Origin: Bryobacteraceae bacterium
GTDB lineage: Bacteria; Acidobacteriota; Terriglobia; Bryobacterales; Bryobacteraceae
Direction of reading: 5' to 3'
Assembly (NCBI GenBank): GCA_051004875.1
Contig: JBPCJX010000098.1
Span: 3,048 to 67,047, forward strand
Length of the DNA stretch: 64,000 bases
Under the pieces are notes generated by a model. It saw only the letters and a list, made by a program, of their open reading frames with translations, did no database searches and was not told the origin of the DNA. Below are positions 9,201-18,113 of the stretch, piece after piece; the first letter of the stretch is position 1, and every line of letters begins with the position of its first letter. The position numbers and the translations under genes are program-made.

Positions 9201-11111
9201 TTACTTCCGAGTACCGCTCAAGCGGCTGTGGACTGTTGCGAGTGCGGTAACGGCAGGCTGGAAGCTCGGCTTGATGCGCACTGCAGCCTCAAGCTCAGAC
9301 TGGGCCTCACCGAAGCGGCCTAGTTGAGCTAGCTCGATGCCGAGGTTGGTATGGAGCTCAGCGTCCCTCGGGCGGTACTGAAGTGCTTCCCTGTATCGGC
9401 CTACGGCCGCGTCGTGCTGCCCTGAGTTTGCGAGCTCATCACCCCAGGTGAACAGGACTTCCCCCAAGTGCTGGCGCGCCTTCGAGTGATCGGAGCGCTC
9501 TGCGAGCACTTGTTTGAGATCGCTTACAGCAGCTTGCCATTCGCCCGCCGCCGCCTCCGCGCTTCCGAGGTCGTAACGCGCGTCAGTAAATTTTGGGTTC
9601 AAGTCCAGCGCACGTTTGAACTGCACCTTTGCTTCGCTCATCCTTGAAGCAGACGCAAGGGCCACTCCAAGCTCGGCTGCCGCAAGCGCGCTGGTGGTTT
9701 GTGCTTTCGCCGCTGCTCCAAAGTAGGCCACTGCGCCCGCAGCATCGCCGCGGCTGAGCAGCAGGTCGCCCAAGTTGAAATTAGCGGAGAAGTCGCCCGG
9801 ATATTTCTCTAGTAACCGGTGCATAACGGCTTCCTGAAGCACGGGCCGCTTATCGCCGTCCCCTGCGGGCAACACTTGCAGCCATAGATTGCCCATCTCG
9901 TCGTTAGCGTGACTGCCGCCCTTCACCCGCCTTGGCGGGCTGTTGGGATTGCGTACGTTCTCAGCAGAGTTGTCGTAATGGAAGCGCATCGAAATCACCG
10001 TTCCGCGCGGAAGACGTATCGGTTCTTTGAAATGAAAAACTCCCTGCCAGCTCAAGTCCCAATTGGGAATACGAACCAGCCATTTGCGGGAGCCGTCCGG
10101 TAGGGTGGCGTACCCTTCCAGCAGCTTGCCCAGGTAATGCGCATGCGGATAGACGGCGAGCACCTTGACGTCGAGGGGAGTCCGGAATTCATCCGTTACA
10201 ACGTAGTCTCTATCGCCCGGCGGGATGTCAATCGCTCCATCGTGCTCAAGTTCTACCAATAGCGGAAACTTGTTTTGCGGCTTATCAGTGAAATAGAGCC
10301 CGATAGCGGCATCGACTTTCTCCGGCTTGCCAGAGGGCCGCAGATGCACGTTCAGAATGAGATCCATCCCGGGACCCACGCGCCATGCCATACCGTCCGG
10401 CGAAACCGTTGGCACGCTGCCTGGCTTCCAGGCAAGGAACGTACCGTCAGGATCAAATGAATTTTCCGCGATGTTAAGATCCATTCCGGCAAACCCATTT
10501 AGAGTTGGCGATTGCCGGCGCGCAGAACGAGCCCGATCGATAATGATGCTCGCATGGTGAATCACCCTTGGGTTGCTCGGGCGAATGTCGACCGCCTTTA
10601 CCCATCGTGCTTCCGTAATCGGCACTGGGATGATGAAGTTCCAAAATATCTCCGGTCCATCCGCCTTCAATTGATAAGGCTGAGCCACGTGAAGCACCAG
10701 GTCTGGCGGTCCCAGAGGCCATTCGGACGTGAACCTAGGAACCGGTGGGGCGTCCGCGAGCGATCCATCCGGCGCTCCTGCTTTCACCCATTCTTGAATC
10801 AGTCGTATGTCCCCATCACTCAAGCGGCGCTCCTCCACGAAGTCGCCGTAACCGGGTTCCGGCAGGAACGGCGGCATATAACACCGCTTCGTCACGTCTG
10901 CGATCTGCGCTGCATGCCGCTTCACATCGTCATACGTCAGCAACGAGAAGGGAGCCGATCCGCCGGCCCTATGGCAAGGTGCGCAGTTTCGGTATATGAT
11001 CCGCGCGATGTCCTTTGAGAACGTAGCTGGCTGTGCGGACGCGGGGAGTATTACGGCCAGCAATGAAGCAACGGCGAGAATGCTATTTAGGCCGCGTCCG
11101 AACATGATCAA
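9201..11111 (-). CDS. secreted fusion of a haem c domain, a copper type II (PHM/DBH-like) monooxygenase-like domain and C-terminal TPR repeats
   Basis: Signal peptide present. CAPCH followed by MPPF. His/Met ligand pattern HH (185-186), H256, HAH (323-325), M375, plus NWDLSWQ and DEMGNLW motifs. The TPR region starts at about residue 430. Confidence 0.6.
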   Translation of the reverse strand: MIMFGRGLNSILAVASLLAVILPASAQPATFSKDIARIIYRNCAPCHRAGGSAPFSLLTYDDVKRHAAQIADVTKRCYMPPFLPEPGYGDFVEERRLSDGDIRLIQEWVKAGAPDGSLADAPPVPRFTSEWPLGPPDLVLHVAQPYQLKADGPEIFWNFIIPVPITEARWVKAVDIRPSNPRVIHHASIIIDRARSARRQSPTLNGFAGMDLNIAENSFDPDGTFLAWKPGSVPTVSPDGMAWRVGPGMDLILNVHLRPSGKPEKVDAAIGLYFTDKPQNKFPLLVELEHDGAIDIPPGDRDYVVTDEFRTPLDVKVLAVYPHAHYLGKLLEGYATLPDGSRKWLVRIPNWDLSWQGVFHFKEPIRLPRGTVISMRFHYDNSAENVRNPNSPPRRVKGGSHANDEMGNLWLQVLPAGDGDKRPVLQEAVMHRLLEKYPGDFSANFNLGDLLLSRGDAAGAVAYFGAAAKAQTTSALAAAELGVALASASRMSEAKVQFKRALDLNPKFTDARYDLGSAEAAAGEWQAAVSDLKQVLAERSDHSKARQHLGEVLFTWGDELANSGQHDAAVGRYREALQYRPRDAELHTNLGIELAQLGRFGEAQSELEAAVRIKPSFQPAVTALATVHSRLSGTRK

Positions 11112-11160
11112 GATCCATTTTCTCTTTCGAGAAACGGCGCGTGTCTATGATAATTGATCT

Positions 11161-12666
11161 GTGGCAAGGGTCGCGTGGAAGGGCTCAACACATAAACCGT
11201 TCCTCGTTCTCGCTCTGCTGCTTTTGATTGCAAACCATACTCAGGCTCAATCGCAAGCGCTGATCGACAAATCGCAGCGCGGCAAAGAGCTGATGGCGGA
11301 ACAGAAGTTTGAAGAGGCAGTCCGCATCTATCGCGAGCTTGTGCAAGCGGTGCCTGACAATCCCGGGTTATTGCTGAACCTGGGCATGGCGTTGCACTTG
11401 GCCGGACACTCACGCGAGGCGATTGCACCGCTGGCGCACGCTATCAAGTTGGATCCCGATATTCTTCCGGCATGGCTATTTTTAGGCGCGTCTTACTTGA
11501 GCACTGGCGATCCAGAACGTTCCCTCCAACCGCTCGAAAAGTATGTGCGACTTCAACCCGATGATCCCGGCGGACACCAAACGCTTGGCGACGCACTGCT
11601 GGCAGCTAATAAATTTCGCGATGCGCTAAGCGAATACAAAAAGCTTGGCGAACTTGAAGCCAACAATCTGCACGCATGGTACGGACTGAACCGAAGCTAT
11701 GCGGCTTTGGCCGATGCTGCTTTCCAAGCAGTAGAAAAGGATGCACCGCAATCGGCTTGGTGGTTTGCTCTGGTGGCAGATGAGCGCGTCAGGCGGCGGC
11801 AGTTTCGCAGTGCGTTCTTCTTTTATAAGAAAGCGGAAGCGATGCAACCGGATCTGCCCGGCCTGCATGCATCGATCGCCCATGTTTATGAGGAAACTGG
11901 TCATCCCGATTGGGCGGCAACTGAGCGGCAAAAGGACGCCAGCGGAAACTGTACGGCCTCGGCGCAGGCCTGCGATTTTTTGGCCGCGCGTTTTGAAGAT
12001 GTGATTCATCGCAGTGGGACAACGGCAGAGGCTTCTTACTGGCAGAGTCGGGCGTTCGCTCGCCTCGCGCAAGACGCTTTCGAGCATCTGGAGAAGATAC
12101 CCGAAAGCCCGGAGATTCACGAATTGCGAGCCGAGCAGCTGCGGGCCAGACGGCAGAATCTTGAATCGGCAAAGGAGTGGCGCAAAGCACTCACGTATGC
12201 TCCGAATGACGAGCGGCTGCGCGAGGAACTGTTGTCTTCTCTTTACCGCGCCAGGGATTTTCCAGCAGCAGTGAAGTTAGCGGACGAACTCCTGCGAGAG
12301 AACCCGAAATCGCCGGAACTGAACTTAATGAAGGGCGATATTCTTCTCAGCTCTCAGGAGACGGAAAAAGCGATTCCTTATCGTGAGACTGCTCTTAAAT
12401 TGAAGCCAAACCTGTTGGGCGCCCAGCATGCTTTGGGACGAGCTTACATGCAAGTAGGGCGTGCAGCTGCTGCGATTCCGCATTTGCAAGCTGCACTCCC
12501 AATTGACGAGGATGGCAGTCTGCGCTACCAACTCGCCCGGGCGTTTCAAGCCACCGGTCAGGCGGAGCTTGCAAAGAAAACTCTGGAGGACTCCGCGCAA
12601 CGGCAAAAAGCTGATCGTGAAGAGAAGCGCAAGCTCGAGCAAGAAATGAAGATTACGCCCCCATGA
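11161..12666 (+). CDS. secreted tetratricopeptide-repeat protein
   Basis: GTG start and a signal peptide (FLVLALLLLIANHTQAQ). It contains many TPR-like A/L/Y-rich 34-mers. Confidence 0.7.
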   Translation: MARVAWKGSTHKPFLVLALLLLIANHTQAQSQALIDKSQRGKELMAEQKFEEAVRIYRELVQAVPDNPGLLLNLGMALHLAGHSREAIAPLAHAIKLDPDILPAWLFLGASYLSTGDPERSLQPLEKYVRLQPDDPGGHQTLGDALLAANKFRDALSEYKKLGELEANNLHAWYGLNRSYAALADAAFQAVEKDAPQSAWWFALVADERVRRRQFRSAFFFYKKAEAMQPDLPGLHASIAHVYEETGHPDWAATERQKDASGNCTASAQACDFLAARFEDVIHRSGTTAEASYWQSRAFARLAQDAFEHLEKIPESPEIHELRAEQLRARRQNLESAKEWRKALTYAPNDERLREELLSSLYRARDFPAAVKLADELLRENPKSPELNLMKGDILLSSQETEKAIPYRETALKLKPNLLGAQHALGRAYMQVGRAAAAIPHLQAALPIDEDGSLRYQLARAFQATGQAELAKKTLEDSAQRQKADREEKRKLEQEMKITPP

Positions 12667-12687
12667 GTTGGGGCTGCCGACAAGACC

Positions 12688-14802
12688 TTAATGGTTAGAT
12701 TTCTGGAGCCACTTCTTTGCGATCTCGTCATTCGCGAGGGCCTTTATGAAGACACCACCCACGACCGACCGCGCTTGGAATCCGACTTCTTTTCCATTCT
12801 TTGTGTCGTACCAATCAGTCAACGGGACGCGCGTTGGTGTTTCGTTCACCCATTTCGCGATGGGCACCATCAAAGCGCTGAACTGGTCGGCACTGTCCGC
12901 CAGGGTTGCCGTCCATAGTTCCCAATCCAGCTTAGTGTAGTCGGCTCGATTATCCAACGGCAGCCCGTACTGATTCAGATGCCGCAGGTAGAAAGCCAAC
13001 TCCGTTTGTCGAACTCGCGCCGAGAACAGGTTCAGATGCAGGAGCTGGTCCCAGACGAGATTGTATTTCTGACTCCACGTGCCTGATTTATCAAAAGCCA
13101 GCCTGTAGTGGTCACCATCGACGTCCATCTGCTCCCATTTTTTGGCCATATCCGTAGCGGCACTGGAGTAATTTTTTGCGACGTCGACCTTACCTAACTC
13201 GTTCGCCATCTCTGCATAGGCTGCGAGCCCTTCAATAGCTTTGATCGACAAATTCGCGTTATGAGCCAGATGCCCCGCAAAATCATCGGTGCTGAGCTGG
13301 TTCTCCGGGTCCAGGCCCTTGGCGCGCAGATACTCCGCCCATTTCGTGAGCTGTGGCCAATACTGCTTCGCCAAATGCCAGTTACCCTGCTTGTGTCCCA
13401 GCGCATCCAGCAAAATCAACATGTTTCCACTCTCTTCGACGGGCATTTGGTCTTCTTCGGTCCGCTCGCCTCCGCCATACACTTGGCCATCGGCAAGCGG
13501 ATAGGTACCCAGATCATGAGGCGCGAACGGCCATTTCCAGCGTGGCAGCGCGGCATACTCCAGCACAGGTTTCAGTTGTGCCTCCAGCAGGGACGGATTG
13601 AAAAACAGGAAGAACGGTGCGGATGGATAGAGCACATCTACGGTCGAGATGCAGCCATTGCTGAAGTTTTCTTTCGGGAACAGCATCGGCGTGCCATCCA
13701 TGTCCGCAGCGAATCCATGCGCCGCCAACGTTTGCCGATACGCTAACGTGGCCAGCTGAGCATACGACTTGCCTCCCACCCGCTCCAGGTCCGCGGTCAG
13801 TTGTGAGTCAAACTGCTCCCCGCGCTGCTCGAGAGCGGCGTACTGCGCCTCAGCATCGTTGAGCATCTCCTGAGGGGTTTTTCCATTTCTCTGCCAATAA
13901 GGCCGAAGCTTTCGATTCAAATATTCAATCAAGTATCCGTCCGTGTAGGAAAGCAGCACGTGGCGGCTCGCGGATTTCGAGCCCTCGACTGAGAGCGGAA
14001 AAACCACTGCTAAATGCGCTGCCGTATTCCTTGATTGTGTAGGCATCTCGAGATCATCGGCAGTGGGCAGCATGCCCGAGTTGATGAAGGACGTCATCCC
14101 ATCGGCTGCGTTTGCCAGCAATGCTTGCTGATCATCCGGCACTGCCAGCCGGAAATAGCCCCAATCAATGCGCAGGTTATCGCCGGAACTGCCCAGCACA
14201 CGCTGATCCCGCGAACCCACATTCAAAACGGTAAGCGCACCCGCACGTGCACGGCTCCAAATAACCTGTTGGTCGGCCGTATTGACTGCGAGAACTGGGT
14301 CGGCATCCAGATAAATCGAAATATCGTGTCTCTTCCCGTCGAGCGCTGTGACATCCCAGGTCAAATAAGTGACAGGCCTCGACAACAGGTCGAGATCTTC
14401 GGGAAACGCGGGTGTGAAGAAGGTGATTGTCAGCCGAACGCCTGCTTCCTCGAATGTGTAGATCGTGTGGGTAGGCCGGACAGAAACTGAAACTTGCCGC
14501 ATTGGCGGAATTGCCTTCCCCGGCCGTCTCCCCATGTAACGATACGTTGCGCCATCAATCCGCACGAGACCGCTCAACGGCTGCTCCGTACCGGTCCAGT
14601 GCTTCGTGTTCTCATCTGTGAGCTTGTCGGCCATGGACCAAATACTGAAATAGGGATCATGGGTCACCAGAGGCACTGCCGGAGGACGTTGCACCCTGCT
14701 CGCAACTTGGCAATAGGCCGAGATGCAGACACTAATCAGGGTCAGCATCAAACCGAGCAGCACTGCGGCCTTTCTCGAGCGATTTCGGGTGTTGAGCTTC
14801 AA
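12688..14802 (-). CDS. glutaminase-A-like protein (DUF4965/DUF1793 family; likely a glycoside-hydrolase-like enzyme), secreted
   Basis: Motifs THDPYFSIWS and LFPKENFSNGCISTVDVLYPSAPFF are typical of the family. I place the start at TTG 14802, directly after the upstream TAA. This gives a proper signal peptide; the track start at 14898 would overlap GH127 by 95 nt. Confidence 0.65.
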   Translation of the reverse strand: MKLNTRNRSRKAAVLLGLMLTLISVCISAYCQVASRVQRPPAVPLVTHDPYFSIWSMADKLTDENTKHWTGTEQPLSGLVRIDGATYRYMGRRPGKAIPPMRQVSVSVRPTHTIYTFEEAGVRLTITFFTPAFPEDLDLLSRPVTYLTWDVTALDGKRHDISIYLDADPVLAVNTADQQVIWSRARAGALTVLNVGSRDQRVLGSSGDNLRIDWGYFRLAVPDDQQALLANAADGMTSFINSGMLPTADDLEMPTQSRNTAAHLAVVFPLSVEGSKSASRHVLLSYTDGYLIEYLNRKLRPYWQRNGKTPQEMLNDAEAQYAALEQRGEQFDSQLTADLERVGGKSYAQLATLAYRQTLAAHGFAADMDGTPMLFPKENFSNGCISTVDVLYPSAPFFLFFNPSLLEAQLKPVLEYAALPRWKWPFAPHDLGTYPLADGQVYGGGERTEEDQMPVEESGNMLILLDALGHKQGNWHLAKQYWPQLTKWAEYLRAKGLDPENQLSTDDFAGHLAHNANLSIKAIEGLAAYAEMANELGKVDVAKNYSSAATDMAKKWEQMDVDGDHYRLAFDKSGTWSQKYNLVWDQLLHLNLFSARVRQTELAFYLRHLNQYGLPLDNRADYTKLDWELWTATLADSADQFSALMVPIAKWVNETPTRVPLTDWYDTKNGKEVGFQARSVVGGVFIKALANDEIAKKWLQKSNH

Positions 14803-14803
14803 T

Positions 14804-16879
14804 TTATTGCCTGCTTTCCGTTGGGTTAGCGGCTGTTTGGCAGTTTGACTTCTGTTCCAAATACGGGAATGCGGTGATCCGTAATTTAGCGGCCCCATAC
14901 GGCACGAGTGCTAACGTTCGCAGCGAATCCTTCGAACTCACAGGGCTCACCGGTACTGGCCCAGCGGAATTTTCCTGCATCGTCCACCGCGGGTCCCGGC
15001 GACCTTTAACGTCCAGGACGACCGGTGGATTCTTCACATTGAAAGGCACGTTCCCCACTGCGTGTTCCACTACATTCGCGGCGCACTCACCAACTTCAAC
15101 CGCGTAGTTCCAATCGGAAGTCGGCGTAATCTGCCAATCTGCCGATTTCAGTGCGTATGTTTTCAGTTCTGACCATTGCCCGTCAAGCGGAAGCGAAAAA
15201 ACAAGAGGTCCGCGCTCAAAAGCAGCCGAATCCTGGTACCAGTGGGTCACGCGCGGAGACATTGCAAAGGTAACGCTCACTCGGTCTCCATCCTTCCACG
15301 TGCGCTTTATCCTGTGAAAGGCCTTCGCCAAATCGCAGCGCGCCTGGTCTGGCTCCGTTGCGTTGTACCCGACCACACAGCCTGAGGGCGGTATCCGGGT
15401 GGCATCGCCGTTCACCTTGACAGTTGCACTATCTGCCCAAACGGGCACGCGGATTACGAACGGAAATGAAATTGGCCCCGTAGTGTGTATTGTGAACTCC
15501 GCCTTTCCGCGGAACGGGTACTCAGTTCCTTCATCTACCGCGACATTGACACCGCCTAAGTTGATTTGAACTCGGCTCGGCGCATAGGCTGTCGTCACGA
15601 TACCTCCGTCCGGAGTGGCCATCCAAAGACTCGAAACCAATTTAGGCCAGCCCTGATGAAGATTCGCAGTGCAGCAGCCGAAGTTGGGCTCCAAGCCGAA
15701 CAGGTTTGAGTCGGGGCCATTAGTGGACCATTGCCGGTGCGCTCGCGTACAAGCGATCTGGTTTGGCTGTTGATCATATTGATGCGACCACATGTCGTTC
15801 GAAAGTGTGCCGGGCAGAGCGTTATAACTCACTTTCTCCAGACGATCGGCGACCCGCGGATCGCCAAAAATTGCAAACGCCTGCTCGTACGAAAACATGG
15901 CTTCGACAACGGCGCACAACTCGATCCCCTGAGATGGATCGGGGCCGGCAAAATGCTCATCGCCGCTGAACATCCCGTTCGGCAAGCCGTGGTACTTGTC
16001 GAGCATCGCAAGTTGATGGTCAAACTGGCTACGATCGTCTGAGCTGCCGTTGAGAAGCCACCAAATAGGCGCAGCTTTCAACGCCATCGCATTGTTTACA
16101 CCATGGGTTTGCATTGCCGCTTCCGTCGGCAGCGCATGCGGTTTCAGACCGAGCTTCTCGGTTGTTTGCTTGGACGTGTACTTGAAATTCGCGAACTGCG
16201 CTTCCCAGTCGTATCCCTGCGCATGCAAGAGCTTTGCGAGTTTGAGAAGATTCTTATCACCGGTGCGGTTGTATAGCCAAACCACCGAGTAGACATTATC
16301 CTGCCATCGATATTTGCCCCAATCCCTGAGACGACGGTTGGGTAACTCGCGCAGCTCGTAATCGAAATATTTCTGCATGACCGGGATGACCCGCGGATCG
16401 CCGCTCACCTCTTCGTACTGAGTAAGGACCTTAAGCATTACCATGCGCGGCCACCAATCGTCGTTCTTCGCTGGCCCGATTTGACCGTTCGGCTGTTGAT
16501 GGGTGAGGGTCCAATCAACCCACTGCTTCGCCTTGCGAATCAGAGCGGGATTGTTCAATTCATAGGCGAGCGGCAAAAGTCCGTCGAGGTAGTAAGGTCC
16601 ACGCTCCCAGGATTCACCGGTTCCACCCAGCCATCCGCTGTTGGGTCCAACATCTTTCCAAAATTCATCCAAGTGCCCGGTCAGACCTGCAGCCTGAATC
16701 TCCAATTGATTGCGCAGCCATCCTTTCGGTTCGATGGCTCCGAGGGGTAACGGATCATAAGCGTTCGGCTGAAGGGGGGCGCGATTTTTAACCGGCGCTT
16801 TGACTGATTCACCCTGAGCAGCGATTGCACTCAGGCTGATAAATTCCATCAAGACAATCAAGGAAACAAGCTTCTTCAT
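14804..16879 (-). CDS. glycoside hydrolase family 127 (beta-L-arabinofuranosidase, DUF1680) protein, secreted
   Basis: Signal peptide present, and the family-typical WERGPYYLDG motif. An E-x-C (GIELCAV) and a CC pair (FGCCTANLHQGW) match the Glu/Cys zinc-site pattern described for HypBA1. Confidence 0.7.
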   Translation of the reverse strand: MKKLVSLIVLMEFISLSAIAAQGESVKAPVKNRAPLQPNAYDPLPLGAIEPKGWLRNQLEIQAAGLTGHLDEFWKDVGPNSGWLGGTGESWERGPYYLDGLLPLAYELNNPALIRKAKQWVDWTLTHQQPNGQIGPAKNDDWWPRMVMLKVLTQYEEVSGDPRVIPVMQKYFDYELRELPNRRLRDWGKYRWQDNVYSVVWLYNRTGDKNLLKLAKLLHAQGYDWEAQFANFKYTSKQTTEKLGLKPHALPTEAAMQTHGVNNAMALKAAPIWWLLNGSSDDRSQFDHQLAMLDKYHGLPNGMFSGDEHFAGPDPSQGIELCAVVEAMFSYEQAFAIFGDPRVADRLEKVSYNALPGTLSNDMWSHQYDQQPNQIACTRAHRQWSTNGPDSNLFGLEPNFGCCTANLHQGWPKLVSSLWMATPDGGIVTTAYAPSRVQINLGGVNVAVDEGTEYPFRGKAEFTIHTTGPISFPFVIRVPVWADSATVKVNGDATRIPPSGCVVGYNATEPDQARCDLAKAFHRIKRTWKDGDRVSVTFAMSPRVTHWYQDSAAFERGPLVFSLPLDGQWSELKTYALKSADWQITPTSDWNYAVEVGECAANVVEHAVGNVPFNVKNPPVVLDVKGRRDPRWTMQENSAGPVPVSPVSSKDSLRTLALVPYGAAKLRITAFPYLEQKSNCQTAANPTESRQ

Positions 16880-16986
16880 AGAGATCCCGATCCCGACAGA
16901 CTTAATCTACCTGACAGCGAGCAACTGTATGCCGCGGGCGACTGCAAGATTCGGAGACGTTAGTCTCCAGAACGGCTCACGGCGAC

Positions 16987-17424
16987 TCACTTCATTTTGT
17001 CGCGAGCAGCATCGCGCTCTGCCGTGATAGTCCGGATTTCGTCAATCCCTTCTTCCAAGGACGGTGGCTCCAGGCGCTTCGCGGTGCGGAGCATCGCTGG
17101 AACCGGAATCGGCTTCTTGTCCTTGCGATGATTATTGCGTCCGATTGCCGTGCGGACGGGCGTATCGAAGAAGTATGAGAGCACGCGGAATCCGGCCGCC
17201 TTCGCCTCTCGAATATATGGCTCGCGCACCGCTCGGGTGGCGTTGGTATTGTCCACAACGAACGAGCGTCCCGAGCGAAGGCATTCACAAATTAAGGCCC
17301 TTTCCCGCTCCGGAGTATCTTGGATATCGCGGCTGACGTGCGTGTGAGTAGCGGCAAAGTGATTTGTAAAATACGTTGTCTTGCCGGACCCTTGCAGGCC
17401 GATGAAAATTACGGCTTCCGCCAT
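16987..17424 (-). CDS. small P-loop kinase (AAA_33 / polynucleotide-kinase-like)
   Basis: Walker A motif GLQGSGKTT at residues 9-17 and a VVDNTN Walker B-like motif. 145 aa, with a 16-nt overlap with the upstream gene. Confidence 0.6.
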   Translation of the reverse strand: MAEAVIFIGLQGSGKTTYFTNHFAATHTHVSRDIQDTPERERALICECLRSGRSFVVDNTNATRAVREPYIREAKAAGFRVLSYFFDTPVRTAIGRNNHRKDKKPIPVPAMLRTAKRLEPPSLEEGIDEIRTITAERDAARDKMK

Positions 17425-18032
17425 CGCTCTAACCTGGGTGGGCGCACGCCATGCCGCACCGCTCCCGTTACAGGGACATACGACAATTCAACTCCCGAGT
17501 GCGCGCAACGCAGCATAAGTCCACCACGGCTCATGTCGCCGCGACCCACAAAATCAGCAGGGAATACCAGACGGGCGCCAAAAATTTCGAGAAGCGGACT
17601 TGTGTACTTGCCGCTCGCAATACTGCCGAGAAGCACGTACAGACATGCCGGCCCTGCGTGTTGATCCAGCAATCTCGCACCCTGCAGCAGTGTGTCTCGA
17701 TAGATGTGATTGTTTTCATCGACCAGGATATCGGCGATCGCGCGCAGTTGCTCAATGCTGACGGGCGTGTCGGGAGGAACCAGGCCCACGCCGGGCACAA
17801 TCACCAGTGCGGGAGGAATGCCAGGAGGAGCGGCACGAAATGATTCCGCATAGGCCATTTTGCCGCGGAAATATAAGCCGCTAATAAAACTGTAGACCTC
17901 GCCAATCACAGCGGTGTCCTGCCGAAGCTTTACGGCCAAATCGAAGGTTGCCTCCTCACGGAGCAGCATCTCGTATCGGCGACCACCGGCCTTTGCAGGC
18001 GATAGCAGGAAGACTCGATTGGACGAAACCAC
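17409..18032 (-). CDS. conserved-looking hypothetical protein (207 aa), family not recognised
   Basis: Clean ORF with protein-like composition. Distinctive segments are LLSPAKAGGRR, SGLYFRGK, LLGSIASGKY and FVGRGDMSRGGLMLR. It is translationally coupled to the kinase. Confidence 0.5.
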   Translation of the reverse strand: MVSSNRVFLLSPAKAGGRRYEMLLREEATFDLAVKLRQDTAVIGEVYSFISGLYFRGKMAYAESFRAAPPGIPPALVIVPGVGLVPPDTPVSIEQLRAIADILVDENNHIYRDTLLQGARLLDQHAGPACLYVLLGSIASGKYTSPLLEIFGARLVFPADFVGRGDMSRGGLMLRCAHSGVELSYVPVTGAVRHGVRPPRLERWRKP

Positions 18033-18113
18033 TGCTAATTCTATTCAAGCTGATTCACACGGCGTGCCTGTCTCGACGAAAGTCCAACGACGTAATTCGG
18101 TAACATTCCAGTC

